Assembly (NCBI GenBank): GCA_963838925.1
Contig: CAWISW010000002.1
Location: 96,001-160,000, forward strand
Source: an uncultured Nitrososphaerota archaeon
Lineage (GTDB): Archaea; Thermoproteota; Nitrososphaeria; Nitrososphaerales; Gagatemarchaeaceae
Direction of reading: 5' to 3'
DNA length: 64,000 nucleotides
Position 1 is the first letter of the stretch, and every line of letters begins with the position of its first letter. The notes under the pieces are model-generated. The model did not search any database, was not told the DNA's origin, and saw only the letters and a list, made by a program, of their open reading frames with translations. Positions 27,920 through 37,150 of this stretch are shown here, in pieces. The position numbers and the translations under genes were made by a program.

Positions 27920-29590
27920 GTGGCGAGACCAAAGATGGTCACGAAATCGCTCGACGACGAGATAATCCTCCTCTGGAAGGAGCTGAGCCCGTCCGGGGCC
28001 TACACCTGCGGCTTCGAGGAGTACGCAGGGAAGCTCTTCATCCCGAGCGAGGAGAACATCCGGCGCGCCCTCGAGCGGGTGAGGTCCCTAAGGAGGAGGG
28101 CCGAGAACGACCTTCAAGCCAGGCTGCTCGACAGCTTGGAAGTCTCGCTCTCGTTCGACGAGCCCCAGCCCGTCCTCGACGACATCGTGGGAAGCATCTT
28201 CAACCACCTCACGAAGGAGGGCGTGAACGAGAAGCACCTCGCGTCCCTGGTTTCGGACTCCATCAAGGCGATAGACGTGACCCAGAAGAGGTTCAGCAAG
28301 CGCAGCGTCCCGGCCGCCGTGAAGGCGCTGACTCTGTACAGGCTGGACGGGGTGATCGAGATCGTAGACGCCATATCCGGACAGATCAAGGGCAAGGAGC
28401 TGAAGAAGGACTGCGAGAGGCTCAAGGACAAGGCCAAGAAGTTCGTCTCCCTCTTCGCGCTACCAGGGTTCGGCAAGGGCACGTTCGAGGAGGTGGAAAA
28501 CGTCTTCAAGAGGACGAAGTTCGAGCTGGGGCGAGAGCGGTTCTACCGCGTCGCCCTCGAGAACGGCATGGACTACGGCGAGACGCCCGACGAGCTCGAG
28601 AAGAAGGCGATAGCGTGGCTCGACGAGGAGCTCCCGCGCTATAGGAACGTCACGAAGAGGCTCGCCAAGGAGTACAAGTGCGAGGCCACCCCCGAAGCGG
28701 TCGAGAAGCACCTTGTGGACAGGGCGAGGCTCAAGCCGAAGGACCTGCTGAGGGTCACCAACGCGATGAGGAAGGTCATCCAGGATTTCGTCGACGAGGA
28801 CGTAGTCAGGATAAACAAGAAGTACAAGACGAAGGTGATCGAGACCCCGGCCTTCCTCTCCGGCATGCTCCCCACGGGGGCCGCCTCCTTCTTCGACACG
28901 TTCACGAAGAAGCCCTTCCAGCTCTACTTCCTCACGACCGACCCCAAGAGGGACCCGGCGAAGTCTGTCTCCCAGCTCATGGACCTCCTGGTTCACGAGG
29001 AGTACGGGCACTGCGTCAACCACTCCAACAGCGTGCTCCACTTCGGAGGCCGCCCTAGCAAGCTCGAGCTCATCCCCACCCTGCTCCAGGGGCCCATCAC
29101 CGAGGGGCTCTCCTTCAACCGGGAGCGGGAGTTCCTCGAGGCCTCGCTGAAGCTCGAGGGCAAGGGGACGCTCACGAGGGCTGAGAAGGCCTACGTAAAG
29201 CAGCTCGAGAAGTACGGCGGGCTCCGCCTGATCAACGCCGAGCTGGAGTTCCAGACGCGCAAGTGGAGGCTCATCAGGTTCCTGCGCGTGATAGGCGACG
29301 TCCGAGTCAACACGGGAAGGCAGACCCTCTTCGAGTTCATCGACTGGGCCCACGCTCGGACGGGCGTCCCTAGGAGCAACGTCTACTACCAGCTCTTCCC
29401 CGCGCACGAGGGGATGTTCCCCGGCTACGCTACCGCCTACGCGGTCGTCGGAGAGGAGATCCACGCTATCGAGGACACGATAATGGACGACAAGGCGAGG
29501 GTGAAGTTCTCGACCTACCTCACGGGAGTGGGCTTCCCACCGCGCAGCATCTACAGGAAGATGCTTGAAGACTTCGCGGCAGGCCTGTAG
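27920..29590 (+). CDS. DUF885-like putative metallopeptidase
   Basis: HEEYGH zincin-like motif, downstream TEGL, and PGYATAY near the C-terminus. Confidence 0.55.
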   Translation: MARPKMVTKSLDDEIILLWKELSPSGAYTCGFEEYAGKLFIPSEENIRRALERVRSLRRRAENDLQARLLDSLEVSLSFDEPQPVLDDIVGSIFNHLTKEGVNEKHLASLVSDSIKAIDVTQKRFSKRSVPAAVKALTLYRLDGVIEIVDAISGQIKGKELKKDCERLKDKAKKFVSLFALPGFGKGTFEEVENVFKRTKFELGRERFYRVALENGMDYGETPDELEKKAIAWLDEELPRYRNVTKRLAKEYKCEATPEAVEKHLVDRARLKPKDLLRVTNAMRKVIQDFVDEDVVRINKKYKTKVIETPAFLSGMLPTGAASFFDTFTKKPFQLYFLTTDPKRDPAKSVSQLMDLLVHEEYGHCVNHSNSVLHFGGRPSKLELIPTLLQGPITEGLSFNREREFLEASLKLEGKGTLTRAEKAYVKQLEKYGGLRLINAELEFQTRKWRLIRFLRVIGDVRVNTGRQTLFEFIDWAHARTGVPRSNVYYQLFPAHEGMFPGYATAYAVVGEEIHAIEDTIMDDKARVKFSTYLTGVGFPPRSIYRKMLEDFAAGL

Positions 29591-29707
29591 GCAGAGGAAC
29601 CGTCCAAACGCGTCCGAAAGTCGGCCTCGGGTCGACAATTGTCGGGACTCGTCTCGGAAGATTGAAATATCATCCGGGAAACGCGGCCAACAGAAGGCAG
29701 CGCGAGC

Positions 29708-30892
29708 GTGCCCAAACAGATCACGACTTTCGAGGATTTCATCCGGCACATCCTCAAGCTGGTGTTCTGGGTCGTCCTGCTGACGCCCTTGGTCATTCTT
29801 CCAATCTATCTCTTCTTCTACACTCTCTTGGGGCGAAGCTTCGTCAACGTCTTCACGCTCTCGACGAACCCCAGCCAGCTGACGGCCCTCATGACGCAGC
29901 TGATGACCACCGAGCCCACAAAGACGCTCTTCCAGCTCACGACCTTCCCCGGCTTCACGTTTGCAGCCGTCTTTTCGACCGTTTTCATGGTGTGGGTCGA
30001 GCGAAAGTTCATCGCAAAGGTCCAGCTGAGGGTCGGCCCCCAGTACGCTGGGAGATTCGAAGGAATACTGCAGAACTTCGCGGACCTCTTCAAGCTCCTC
30101 TTCAAGGAGATCATCGTTCCGGACGGGGTGGACAAGACCATCTTCCTTTCCATCCCCCTCGCCCTGATGTTCATCTCGGGATCGCTCCTGGCGCTCGTGC
30201 CGTTGGGACCGACGACCTATATCGCAGACCCCTCCATCGGAGCGATCTTCGTCTTCGCGATAGTGAGCTTCACGCCGCTCGTCGTCATGCTCGCCGGATG
30301 GTCGAGCAACAACAAGTACTCGCTCCTCGGGTCCTTGCGGGCGCTCCACCAGATGGTGGCATACGAGATCCCGATGATACTCTCGGTGGTCGGGGTCGTC
30401 GTGCTCTCAGGGTCACTCGACCTGGTCAAGATAGTGTATGCCCAGAGCAGCGTCTGGTTCATCCTTTTCCAGCCGCTGGGGGCTATGGTCTTCTTCATCT
30501 GCGTCCTCGCCGAGCTCGAAAGAATCCCGTTCGACCTCCCCGAGGCCGACTCGGAGCTCGTCGCCGGTTGGCAGACCGAGTATGGCGGCATGAACTTCGG
30601 AGTCTTCCAGCTCGCGACCTACATCAAGTTCTACGCACTGTCTGGCATCTTCGCGACCTTCTTCTTGGGGGGTTGGTACGGGCCGGGGTTCCTCCCGCCT
30701 GTGGGCTGGTTCCTCATCAAGACGTTCGTCGTGATGCTGGCGATGATGCTCCCCAGGGCGATCCTTCCCCGCGTGAGGATCGACGTCCTCTTGAGGGGAG
30801 GATGGACCAAGCTCATGTTCCTCTCCTTCCTCAACCTCTTCATCGCGCTCCTCGTGCTCTCCCTCGGCCTCTATCACATCGGAGGCATCTGA
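29708..30892 (+). CDS. nuoH: NADH-quinone oxidoreductase subunit H
   Basis: ERK-x-x-A-x-x-Q-x-RVGP, SNNKYSLLG and ERIPFDLPEADSELVAG motifs. Confidence 0.95.
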   Translation: MPKQITTFEDFIRHILKLVFWVVLLTPLVILPIYLFFYTLLGRSFVNVFTLSTNPSQLTALMTQLMTTEPTKTLFQLTTFPGFTFAAVFSTVFMVWVERKFIAKVQLRVGPQYAGRFEGILQNFADLFKLLFKEIIVPDGVDKTIFLSIPLALMFISGSLLALVPLGPTTYIADPSIGAIFVFAIVSFTPLVVMLAGWSSNNKYSLLGSLRALHQMVAYEIPMILSVVGVVVLSGSLDLVKIVYAQSSVWFILFQPLGAMVFFICVLAELERIPFDLPEADSELVAGWQTEYGGMNFGVFQLATYIKFYALSGIFATFFLGGWYGPGFLPPVGWFLIKTFVVMLAMMLPRAILPRVRIDVLLRGGWTKLMFLSFLNLFIALLVLSLGLYHIGGI

Positions 30893-30896
30893 GCGC

Positions 30897-32528
30897 ATGG
30901 GCACTCTTTCGGAGATCAAGGGCGCCTGGATCGCAACGTGGTCGGGCATACGGCACGCCTTCAGGCCCAGGATGACCCTCCGTTACCCCGACCAGAAGCT
31001 CGACCTCCAGGGCCCTGGGTATCACTTCGACGCCAAGAACGGCGTTGGCCTCCACGGGTTCAAGGGGAGGCACGTGCTGCGCGAGGAAAAGTGCACGGGC
31101 TGCCAGCTGTGCGCGATAGCCTGCGACGGGGTCGCGGTAGCCATCGAGATGCAGACGATGGTGAGGAACCGCCCCCAGAACAAGAAGAACTACTGGCCCG
31201 CGGTTGACTACGGAAGATGTGTTTTTTGTGGGTTGTGCATAGACCCAGATACTCTTGTGGTGACAAACCCGAGCCTAAAGCGGATGAGCGCCATTTCCGT
31301 GGGAGACCTGGTCCTGACACACACGGGCGCGTACAAGCCAGTCACTAAGGTGTGGGATATGAGGTACACGGGAACCCTCTATCGGATACACGTCTACGGG
31401 AAGCCCGAACCGCTAGTGTGCACCGCTGACCACCCAATAATCGCGGTCTCTCGTCCAAAGTCCAACAGGAAGGACGGGAGGCTTTTGAGGACAACACGGC
31501 CTCTCAAATTCTTCAAACCTGGTGAGTTGAAGCCTGGGGACTATCTTGTGAGCCCCATAGTGAAAAAGGAAGTTCCAGCGACCACTTACGAGAAGGAAGT
31601 TTCGATGTATAAGTTCGGTCTGGTGAAGAGGAAACTTGTTCTTGATGCTTCGCCCGACCTCTTCAGGCTAATCGGCCTCTATCTCGCCGAGGGGTCGTGC
31701 GATGGCGGCAGGCGAGTCAATTTCGATTTCAACCTGAACGAGACCGACACTTTGGTTGCGGATTGCAACGACCTGCTACAGAAGTTCTTCGAAAAACGCG
31801 GCGTCCTAAAGAAGAACGGCAAGAACGGAATCAGGCTGTGCCTAAGCTCCGCAATAGCTGAGGACTTCTTCTCCCAGTTCGGGAAAGGCGCGCCAAACAA
31901 ACGGCTTCCGGATTGGGTCTTCTTCGCAGAGCACGAGAAAATCCTCCAAGTCATGAAAGGAGAGTGGCAAGGGGACGGGTGCAGAATCAAGCAACCTCGT
32001 CAGAAATATCTTAACTTCACGACTACCTCGGAGGTTCTGGCTTTTCAGCTTCAGCAGCTGCTCGCAAAGGTCGGAGTCGTGGCGACCCTCGAGAGGTCAG
32101 AGCCGGAGAACAAGCTGCCATCCTATCATGTCGACGTATTCGGAAGATGGGCGATCAAGCTCGCAGCGATGTGGAAGATAGAGCTCGACTATCGCCCCAC
32201 CAAACACGCAGACAAGTTCCACATCTCCGAGAACTACGTCTATCTTCCAATCAGGAAGATTGAGACGACTGAAGTGACAAACTACAGAGTGATGGACGTT
32301 ACTGTCGATAATGACCACACATTCGCTCCTTTGGGGCTCGCGACCTCTAACTGCGTGGACGCCTGCCCCTTCGACGCCCTGTCGATGAGCAACGACTACG
32401 AGCTCTCCGCCTACGACAAGGCCAGCCTGAAGTACACCCCTGACATGCTGATGCTTCCGCCGCCAGCCGAGCTCGGGACTGCCAAGGTCAAGTTCGACCC
32501 GAAGAGGGGGACCGTGACCCATGGTTGA
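30897..32528 (+). CDS. nuoI: NADH-quinone oxidoreductase subunit I containing an intein (171-aa extein)
   Basis: T-x-x-YP, GRH and CTGCQLCAIAC, then DYGRCVFCGL|intein|CVDACPFDAL. Lies between nuoH and nuoJ. Confidence 0.93.
   Translation: MGTLSEIKGAWIATWSGIRHAFRPRMTLRYPDQKLDLQGPGYHFDAKNGVGLHGFKGRHVLREEKCTGCQLCAIACDGVAVAIEMQTMVRNRPQNKKNYWPAVDYGRCVFCGLCIDPDTLVVTNPSLKRMSAISVGDLVLTHTGAYKPVTKVWDMRYTGTLYRIHVYGKPEPLVCTADHPIIAVSRPKSNRKDGRLLRTTRPLKFFKPGELKPGDYLVSPIVKKEVPATTYEKEVSMYKFGLVKRKLVLDASPDLFRLIGLYLAEGSCDGGRRVNFDFNLNETDTLVADCNDLLQKFFEKRGVLKKNGKNGIRLCLSSAIAEDFFSQFGKGAPNKRLPDWVFFAEHEKILQVMKGEWQGDGCRIKQPRQKYLNFTTTSEVLAFQLQQLLAKVGVVATLERSEPENKLPSYHVDVFGRWAIKLAAMWKIELDYRPTKHADKFHISENYVYLPIRKIETTEVTNYRVMDVTVDNDHTFAPLGLATSNCVDACPFDALSMSNDYELSAYDKASLKYTPDMLMLPPPAELGTAKVKFDPKRGTVTHG
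31236..32351 (+). mobile_element. Intein (372 aa) with a LAGLIDADG homing endonuclease, inside nuoI
   Basis: Block A CIDPDTLV, block B CTADHP, LIGLYLAEGS and KGEWQGDG endonuclease motifs, block F VMDVTV, block G ATSN followed by +1 Cys. Confidence 0.93.
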
Positions 32529-33075
32529 CGCGACGGACGCCGCGTTCATCGCCCTAACGGTAGTCACGCTCGGCGGAGCGATCATGGCCCTCGAGGCCAA
32601 GGAGATAATCTATGGGGCTGTGGGCCTCGCGGGCAGCTTCTTCGGCGTCGCCTCGCTCTTCTTCCTCCTCGACTCCCCCTTTGTAGCGGTCTTCCAGATC
32701 ACGGTCTACGTGGGGGCGGTCGCAGTCCTGGTCCTCTTCACGGTGATGCTCGTAAGGGAGGGGAGATGGTTCGGCGACTCCATGGGCCCTGCCGCGAGGG
32801 TGGCCGCCGTGGTCACCGTCGCCGCCCTGGTGATCTCCCTCGTCTCCAGCTACATAGCCGCGGGCCTCTCGACTGCGAGCGAACAGCCGACCCCGCCCAG
32901 CTTCGTGGGCATAGGGCAGCTCCTCACAGGGCAGTACGCCCCGGTCCTCGAGGTGCTCGCGCTCGTCCTGGCGGCCTCCGTCCTCGGTGCCCTCACGCTG
33001 GCCAAGGTCGAGCCTTCGGGCGAAGGCGGCTCGGTCACCAGGGCGCAGGGGCGCGACGAAGGGGAGAGGTCGTAG
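32521..33075 (+). CDS. nuoJ: NADH-quinone oxidoreductase subunit J
   Basis: QITVYVGAVAVLVLF motif and operon position. Confidence 0.93.
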   Translation: MVDATDAAFIALTVVTLGGAIMALEAKEIIYGAVGLAGSFFGVASLFFLLDSPFVAVFQITVYVGAVAVLVLFTVMLVREGRWFGDSMGPAARVAAVVTVAALVISLVSSYIAAGLSTASEQPTPPSFVGIGQLLTGQYAPVLEVLALVLAASVLGALTLAKVEPSGEGGSVTRAQGRDEGERS

Positions 33076-33081
33076 CGGCGA

Positions 33082-33390
33082 ATGGCGATCGCTCTCTCGG
33101 ACTACCTCATCGTCTCCGCGCTGCTCTTCGCGATCGGGGTCTACGGCCTCTTGACGAAGAGGAACGCCATGCGGCTGGTCTTCGCCGTGGAGATCCTCGT
33201 CAACTCCGCCAACATCAACTTCATCGCGTTCAACAGGTTCCTGTGGCCGGCCGCGGTAGGGCAGACTGCCGTTCTCTTCTCGATCGCCCTGGCGGCGGCC
33301 GAGGCGGCGGTTGTCCTGGCCATCGTCGTCGTCGCCTATAGGATCCACGACGACGTCGACGTCGCCGAGCTGAAGAACCTAAGAGGTTAG
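33082..33390 (+). CDS. nuoK: NADH-quinone oxidoreductase subunit K
   Basis: LFAIGVYG, VEILVN, AAAEAAV and L-x-G C-terminus. Confidence 0.94.
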   Translation: MAIALSDYLIVSALLFAIGVYGLLTKRNAMRLVFAVEILVNSANINFIAFNRFLWPAAVGQTAVLFSIALAAAEAAVVLAIVVVAYRIHDDVDVAELKNLRG

Positions 33391-33496
33391 GCCACTTGGA
33401 TATGACGCTAGTTCCCGAATCCTTAGTGTGTGCAGTGGGGGGAGAAAGTTCACAGAGCCCCGTCGTCGGTGATGGAGTGACAAGGTCCTGACCGAG

Positions 33497-35005
33497 GTGC
33501 CCTACGCGCTCCTGCAGGTGGTCCTCGTGCCACTGGTCGCCGCCGTGGCCTCTTTCGCGCTCGGGGGCAGGCTGGGAAGGCACGTGGGCTGGATAGCGTT
33601 CGCGTCCCTGGTGTACTCCTCGCTCCTGCTCCTGTCAGTTGGGGTCGGTCTGTACGGAGGCGGCGCTCCTCTGTCAGAGACCTACACGTGGGCGCCAGCA
33701 GCCGGGCTGAGCTTCGGCTTCCTGGCAGACGGGCTCAGCCTACCCGTGGCCCTCGTCATGTCGCTCGTGTGCGCCGCCACCGCCGTCTACTCGATGCCAT
33801 ACATGCGGCACAGGTTCGAGGACCAAAGCGGCGGGGATGACAAGCGCCGGTTCGGAGTCTACTACCTCAACTTCGTCCTAGTGGTGACAGGGCTCCTCGG
33901 GGTCTCGCTCTCGACCAACCTGATCGAGCTCTACCTCTTCGTGGAGCTTATGCTCATCCCGACTTTCTTCCTCCTCGGCCTCTTCGGCTACGTGCAGAAG
34001 GGAAGGGTCGCGATAATGTACTTCGTCTGGAACCAGCTGGGGGCGTTCATCTTTCTGGTGGGGATACTCGTCGCATACTCGGCGACCGGGAGCTTCGCCG
34101 TGTCCTCGCTCGCGAGCCTGGGGACCGGCTCCTCGCTCGCCTACTGGGTCTTCTTCCTCGTCATGCTGGGGTGGTTCGTCAAGATGGGCGTCTTCGGAGT
34201 GCACATGTGGCTTCCCACTGCCGAGGCCGAGCCCCCGTCCTCCTTCGCCCCGATAATGGCGACGGCGGTGGGCGTCGGGAACTACGTCGTCGCTCGGCTG
34301 CTCGTCCAGTACATGCCCACGGTATTCCAGAGCTTCTCCGTCCCCTTCATGGTCGTCGCGCTCCTGACGATGGTGTTCGGCGGGGCGATGACGCTGGTCC
34401 AGGACGACGTCAAGTACCTCTTCGCCTGGTCCACCATGAGCCAGAACGCGTACTCCCTCCTCGGGATAGGGAGCCTCACGGTCCTCGGCATGTCGGGCGG
34501 CGTCTTCTACTTCCTCAGTCACATCCTCGGAAAGTGCATCCTCTTCTCCGTCGCCGGCATCCTGCTCGTCAGGACCGGGACTCGCGACATGAAGCAGATG
34601 GGGGGGCTCGCAAGCAAGATGCCGGTGACCGCCGCGCTCTGCCTCATAGGCGGGCTCATACTCTCCGCCGTGCCTCCGACGAGCGGCTTCCAGGCAGAGT
34701 GGATAATGTTCGCCGGGATCTTCTTCCAGGGCGCCAATGGCGTCACCACGAACCTCGTCATCGCGTTGCTGGGCATCATCGCCACCGCACTGACCGTCGC
34801 GTACACCTTCTGGCCTGTGAGGAGGATATTCTTCGGGGCCCTTCCCGCGCACCTCCAGGGGGTCACAGAGGCGCCGCTCTCCATGACAGTCCCCCTCCTC
34901 GCGCTCGCCGCGATCTCGATCCTCCTCGGGATCTATCCTGACCTCGTGACCAAGATGCTGGTCAACTTCGCCAGCTCGCTGCCGTTCTTGAAGGGAGGCA
35001 TTTGA
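33497..35005 (+). CDS. nuoM: NADH-quinone oxidoreductase subunit M, copy 1
   Basis: DGLS, FVELMLIP, VKMGVFGVHMWLP and FQAEW motifs. Confidence 0.88.
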   Translation: MPYALLQVVLVPLVAAVASFALGGRLGRHVGWIAFASLVYSSLLLLSVGVGLYGGGAPLSETYTWAPAAGLSFGFLADGLSLPVALVMSLVCAATAVYSMPYMRHRFEDQSGGDDKRRFGVYYLNFVLVVTGLLGVSLSTNLIELYLFVELMLIPTFFLLGLFGYVQKGRVAIMYFVWNQLGAFIFLVGILVAYSATGSFAVSSLASLGTGSSLAYWVFFLVMLGWFVKMGVFGVHMWLPTAEAEPPSSFAPIMATAVGVGNYVVARLLVQYMPTVFQSFSVPFMVVALLTMVFGGAMTLVQDDVKYLFAWSTMSQNAYSLLGIGSLTVLGMSGGVFYFLSHILGKCILFSVAGILLVRTGTRDMKQMGGLASKMPVTAALCLIGGLILSAVPPTSGFQAEWIMFAGIFFQGANGVTTNLVIALLGIIATALTVAYTFWPVRRIFFGALPAHLQGVTEAPLSMTVPLLALAAISILLGIYPDLVTKMLVNFASSLPFLKGGI

Positions 35006-35006
35006 G

Positions 35007-37148
35007 ATGGCGCCGGCTACCGCTTCCATCCCCTCGATCTACGTGTGGCTCGTCGTCATCTTCCCGTTCGTGGGCGCCCTCCTCACGCCTCTCCTCGCCA
35101 GGCTCGGCGGCAGGGTGAGGGACTACGCGGCGGTAGCCTTCACCGGCCTCTCCGCGCTCTTCTCCTTCCTGCTGCTCGTACCCGTCCTGCAGGGAGAGAC
35201 CCTCTCGGTCTACAACTCAGTCATCCCGACTTCCGTGCCCTGGATCTCCGAGCTGGGGATCAACATGGGCGTCCTCTACGACCCTTTCACGATAATCATC
35301 GTCAACGTGGTCACCTTGATCGGGTTCCTCATCATGGTCTACAGCCTCGACTACATGAGGGGCGAGCACGGCCTCACCCGCTACTGGTTCTTCATGAACT
35401 TCTTCCTGGGGAACATGCTCCTGATCGTCCTCTCGAACAACCTCCTCTCGCTCTTCATAGGCTGGGAGGGAGTCGGCCTCTGCAGCTACGCGCTGATAGG
35501 CTTCCACTATGGAGACGAGGAGGCCAACTGGGTCGGCACGCCCGGGCAGAAGACCCTCGGGGAGGAGCAGGCCTACTCGCCGTCGCACGCGGGGATGAAG
35601 GCGTTCGTCATGACCAGGATAGGGGACGTGGCCATGCTGGTAGGCCTCTTCCTCGTGTTCATCTACGCTCACACCTTCAGCTTCCAGGCCCTGGCCAGCA
35701 GCAACTCGTGGGCTACCTCCCTCTCCAACGCGGGGTTGCTCGTGCCCGCTGCGCTCCTGCTCTTCGGCGGCGCCATCGGAAAGTCCGCCCAGTTCCCGCT
35801 CCAGGAGTGGCTTCCCGACGCGATGGCAGGCCCTGCGCCGGTCTCCGCGCTCATCCATGCCGCGACGATGGTCAACGCCGGAGTGGTCCTGGTGGCAAGG
35901 ATCGGCCCCATCTTCTACTTCGCGATGGAGGCGAACCCCTCACTCGTGCAGCCGTTCTTCACGACCGTGGCGTGGATGGGGGCGATCACGGCGTTCCTCA
36001 TGGCGACCCAGGGGATGGTGGGGTTCGAGCTCAAGAAGATACTCGCGTACTCGACGGCCTCGCAGATAGGATACATGATAATGGCCCTGGGGATCGCGGG
36101 CCTCTCAACAAACTTCCCCCTGGGCCTCTCCGCGGGACTCTTCCAGCTCATGTCCCACGCCATCTTCAAGGCGTGCCTCTTCATGGCCGCCGGGGTCCTC
36201 ATCCACGTCACGGGGACCAAGTACGTCAGCGGCATGGGAGGCCTCAAGGACAAGATGAAGCTCACGTTCGCGGTCTTCCTCATCGCGGCCGCCTCCCTTT
36301 CAGGCATCCCTCCGTTCGGCGGATTCTGGAGCAAGGAAGAGGTCCTTGAGGCCGCCTGGACCTCGGGGCAGTGGGGGCTCTTCGCGGTCGGCGCGCTGAC
36401 GGCGGGGATAACCGCATTCTACACCTTCAGGATGCTTGGCCTCATCTTCTACGGGAAGGGCAGCGACCACGCCTCCGAGCACGAGCCCCACGAGGTAGGC
36501 CCGCTCGGTTGGGTCCCATACGCGATCCTCGGGGTGATGACGGTGGTCCTAGGAGTGCTCTCGCCCCTGTTGAACATCGACGGGGCGCTGCAGAGCGCCG
36601 CGGTCACATACATCCACGGGCTGTACCCAGGGGCCGCGCTCCCGGGCGTCCCCACCTCCCTGTCTCTCGACCTGGCTTCGACCGGCATCTCCTTCGCGTT
36701 CGTCCTGGTCGGACTCGTGGCGGCCTACACGCTCTACATCGCCAGGCGCGTCGAGCCGAGCAGCCTCGTCGGGCAGACCGGCTTCATGCACGGGATCTAC
36801 AGGTTCCTGGAGAACAGGTGGTACCTGAACGCGATCTACTACAGGGTCTTCGTCGACCCTCTCATCTCCGCCTCGAGGTGGCTCCTCGCAGGCTTCGAGC
36901 TCAACGGGCTCGAGAGGGTCAACTCGGGCACGGCCGCGCTATGGGTCTACATCTCCCGGGCAGGGAACTGGGTCGACGGCAGAGTGATCGACACCTTGGC
37001 GACCGACGTGGCGATCGACGGTGAGGCGATCTCGAGGGCGCTGAGGCGGATCCAGAACGGCGTTCTCGAGAGATACGCGCTCATCTTCTCGATAGGCCTC
37101 GCGACAATCCTCATCCTGTTCATCCTGGCGACGGGGGTCCTGGGCTAG
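35007..37148 (+). CDS. nuoL: NADH-quinone oxidoreductase subunit L with an extended lateral helix
   Basis: GWEGVGLCSY, GKSAQFPL-x-x-WLPDAM-x-GP-x-PVSALIHAATMV and HAIFKA motifs. Confidence 0.95.
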   Translation: MAPATASIPSIYVWLVVIFPFVGALLTPLLARLGGRVRDYAAVAFTGLSALFSFLLLVPVLQGETLSVYNSVIPTSVPWISELGINMGVLYDPFTIIIVNVVTLIGFLIMVYSLDYMRGEHGLTRYWFFMNFFLGNMLLIVLSNNLLSLFIGWEGVGLCSYALIGFHYGDEEANWVGTPGQKTLGEEQAYSPSHAGMKAFVMTRIGDVAMLVGLFLVFIYAHTFSFQALASSNSWATSLSNAGLLVPAALLLFGGAIGKSAQFPLQEWLPDAMAGPAPVSALIHAATMVNAGVVLVARIGPIFYFAMEANPSLVQPFFTTVAWMGAITAFLMATQGMVGFELKKILAYSTASQIGYMIMALGIAGLSTNFPLGLSAGLFQLMSHAIFKACLFMAAGVLIHVTGTKYVSGMGGLKDKMKLTFAVFLIAAASLSGIPPFGGFWSKEEVLEAAWTSGQWGLFAVGALTAGITAFYTFRMLGLIFYGKGSDHASEHEPHEVGPLGWVPYAILGVMTVVLGVLSPLLNIDGALQSAAVTYIHGLYPGAALPGVPTSLSLDLASTGISFAFVLVGLVAAYTLYIARRVEPSSLVGQTGFMHGIYRFLENRWYLNAIYYRVFVDPLISASRWLLAGFELNGLERVNSGTAALWVYISRAGNWVDGRVIDTLATDVAIDGEAISRALRRIQNGVLERYALIFSIGLATILILFILATGVLG

Positions 37149-37150
37149 CG

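Noticed and set aside
28460-30349. 629-aa minus-strand ORF, and similar long shadow ORFs such as 33878-35029, 35045-36349 and 37580-38656
   Set aside because: They overlap well-supported genes, have no motifs, and are expected by-products of high GC3.
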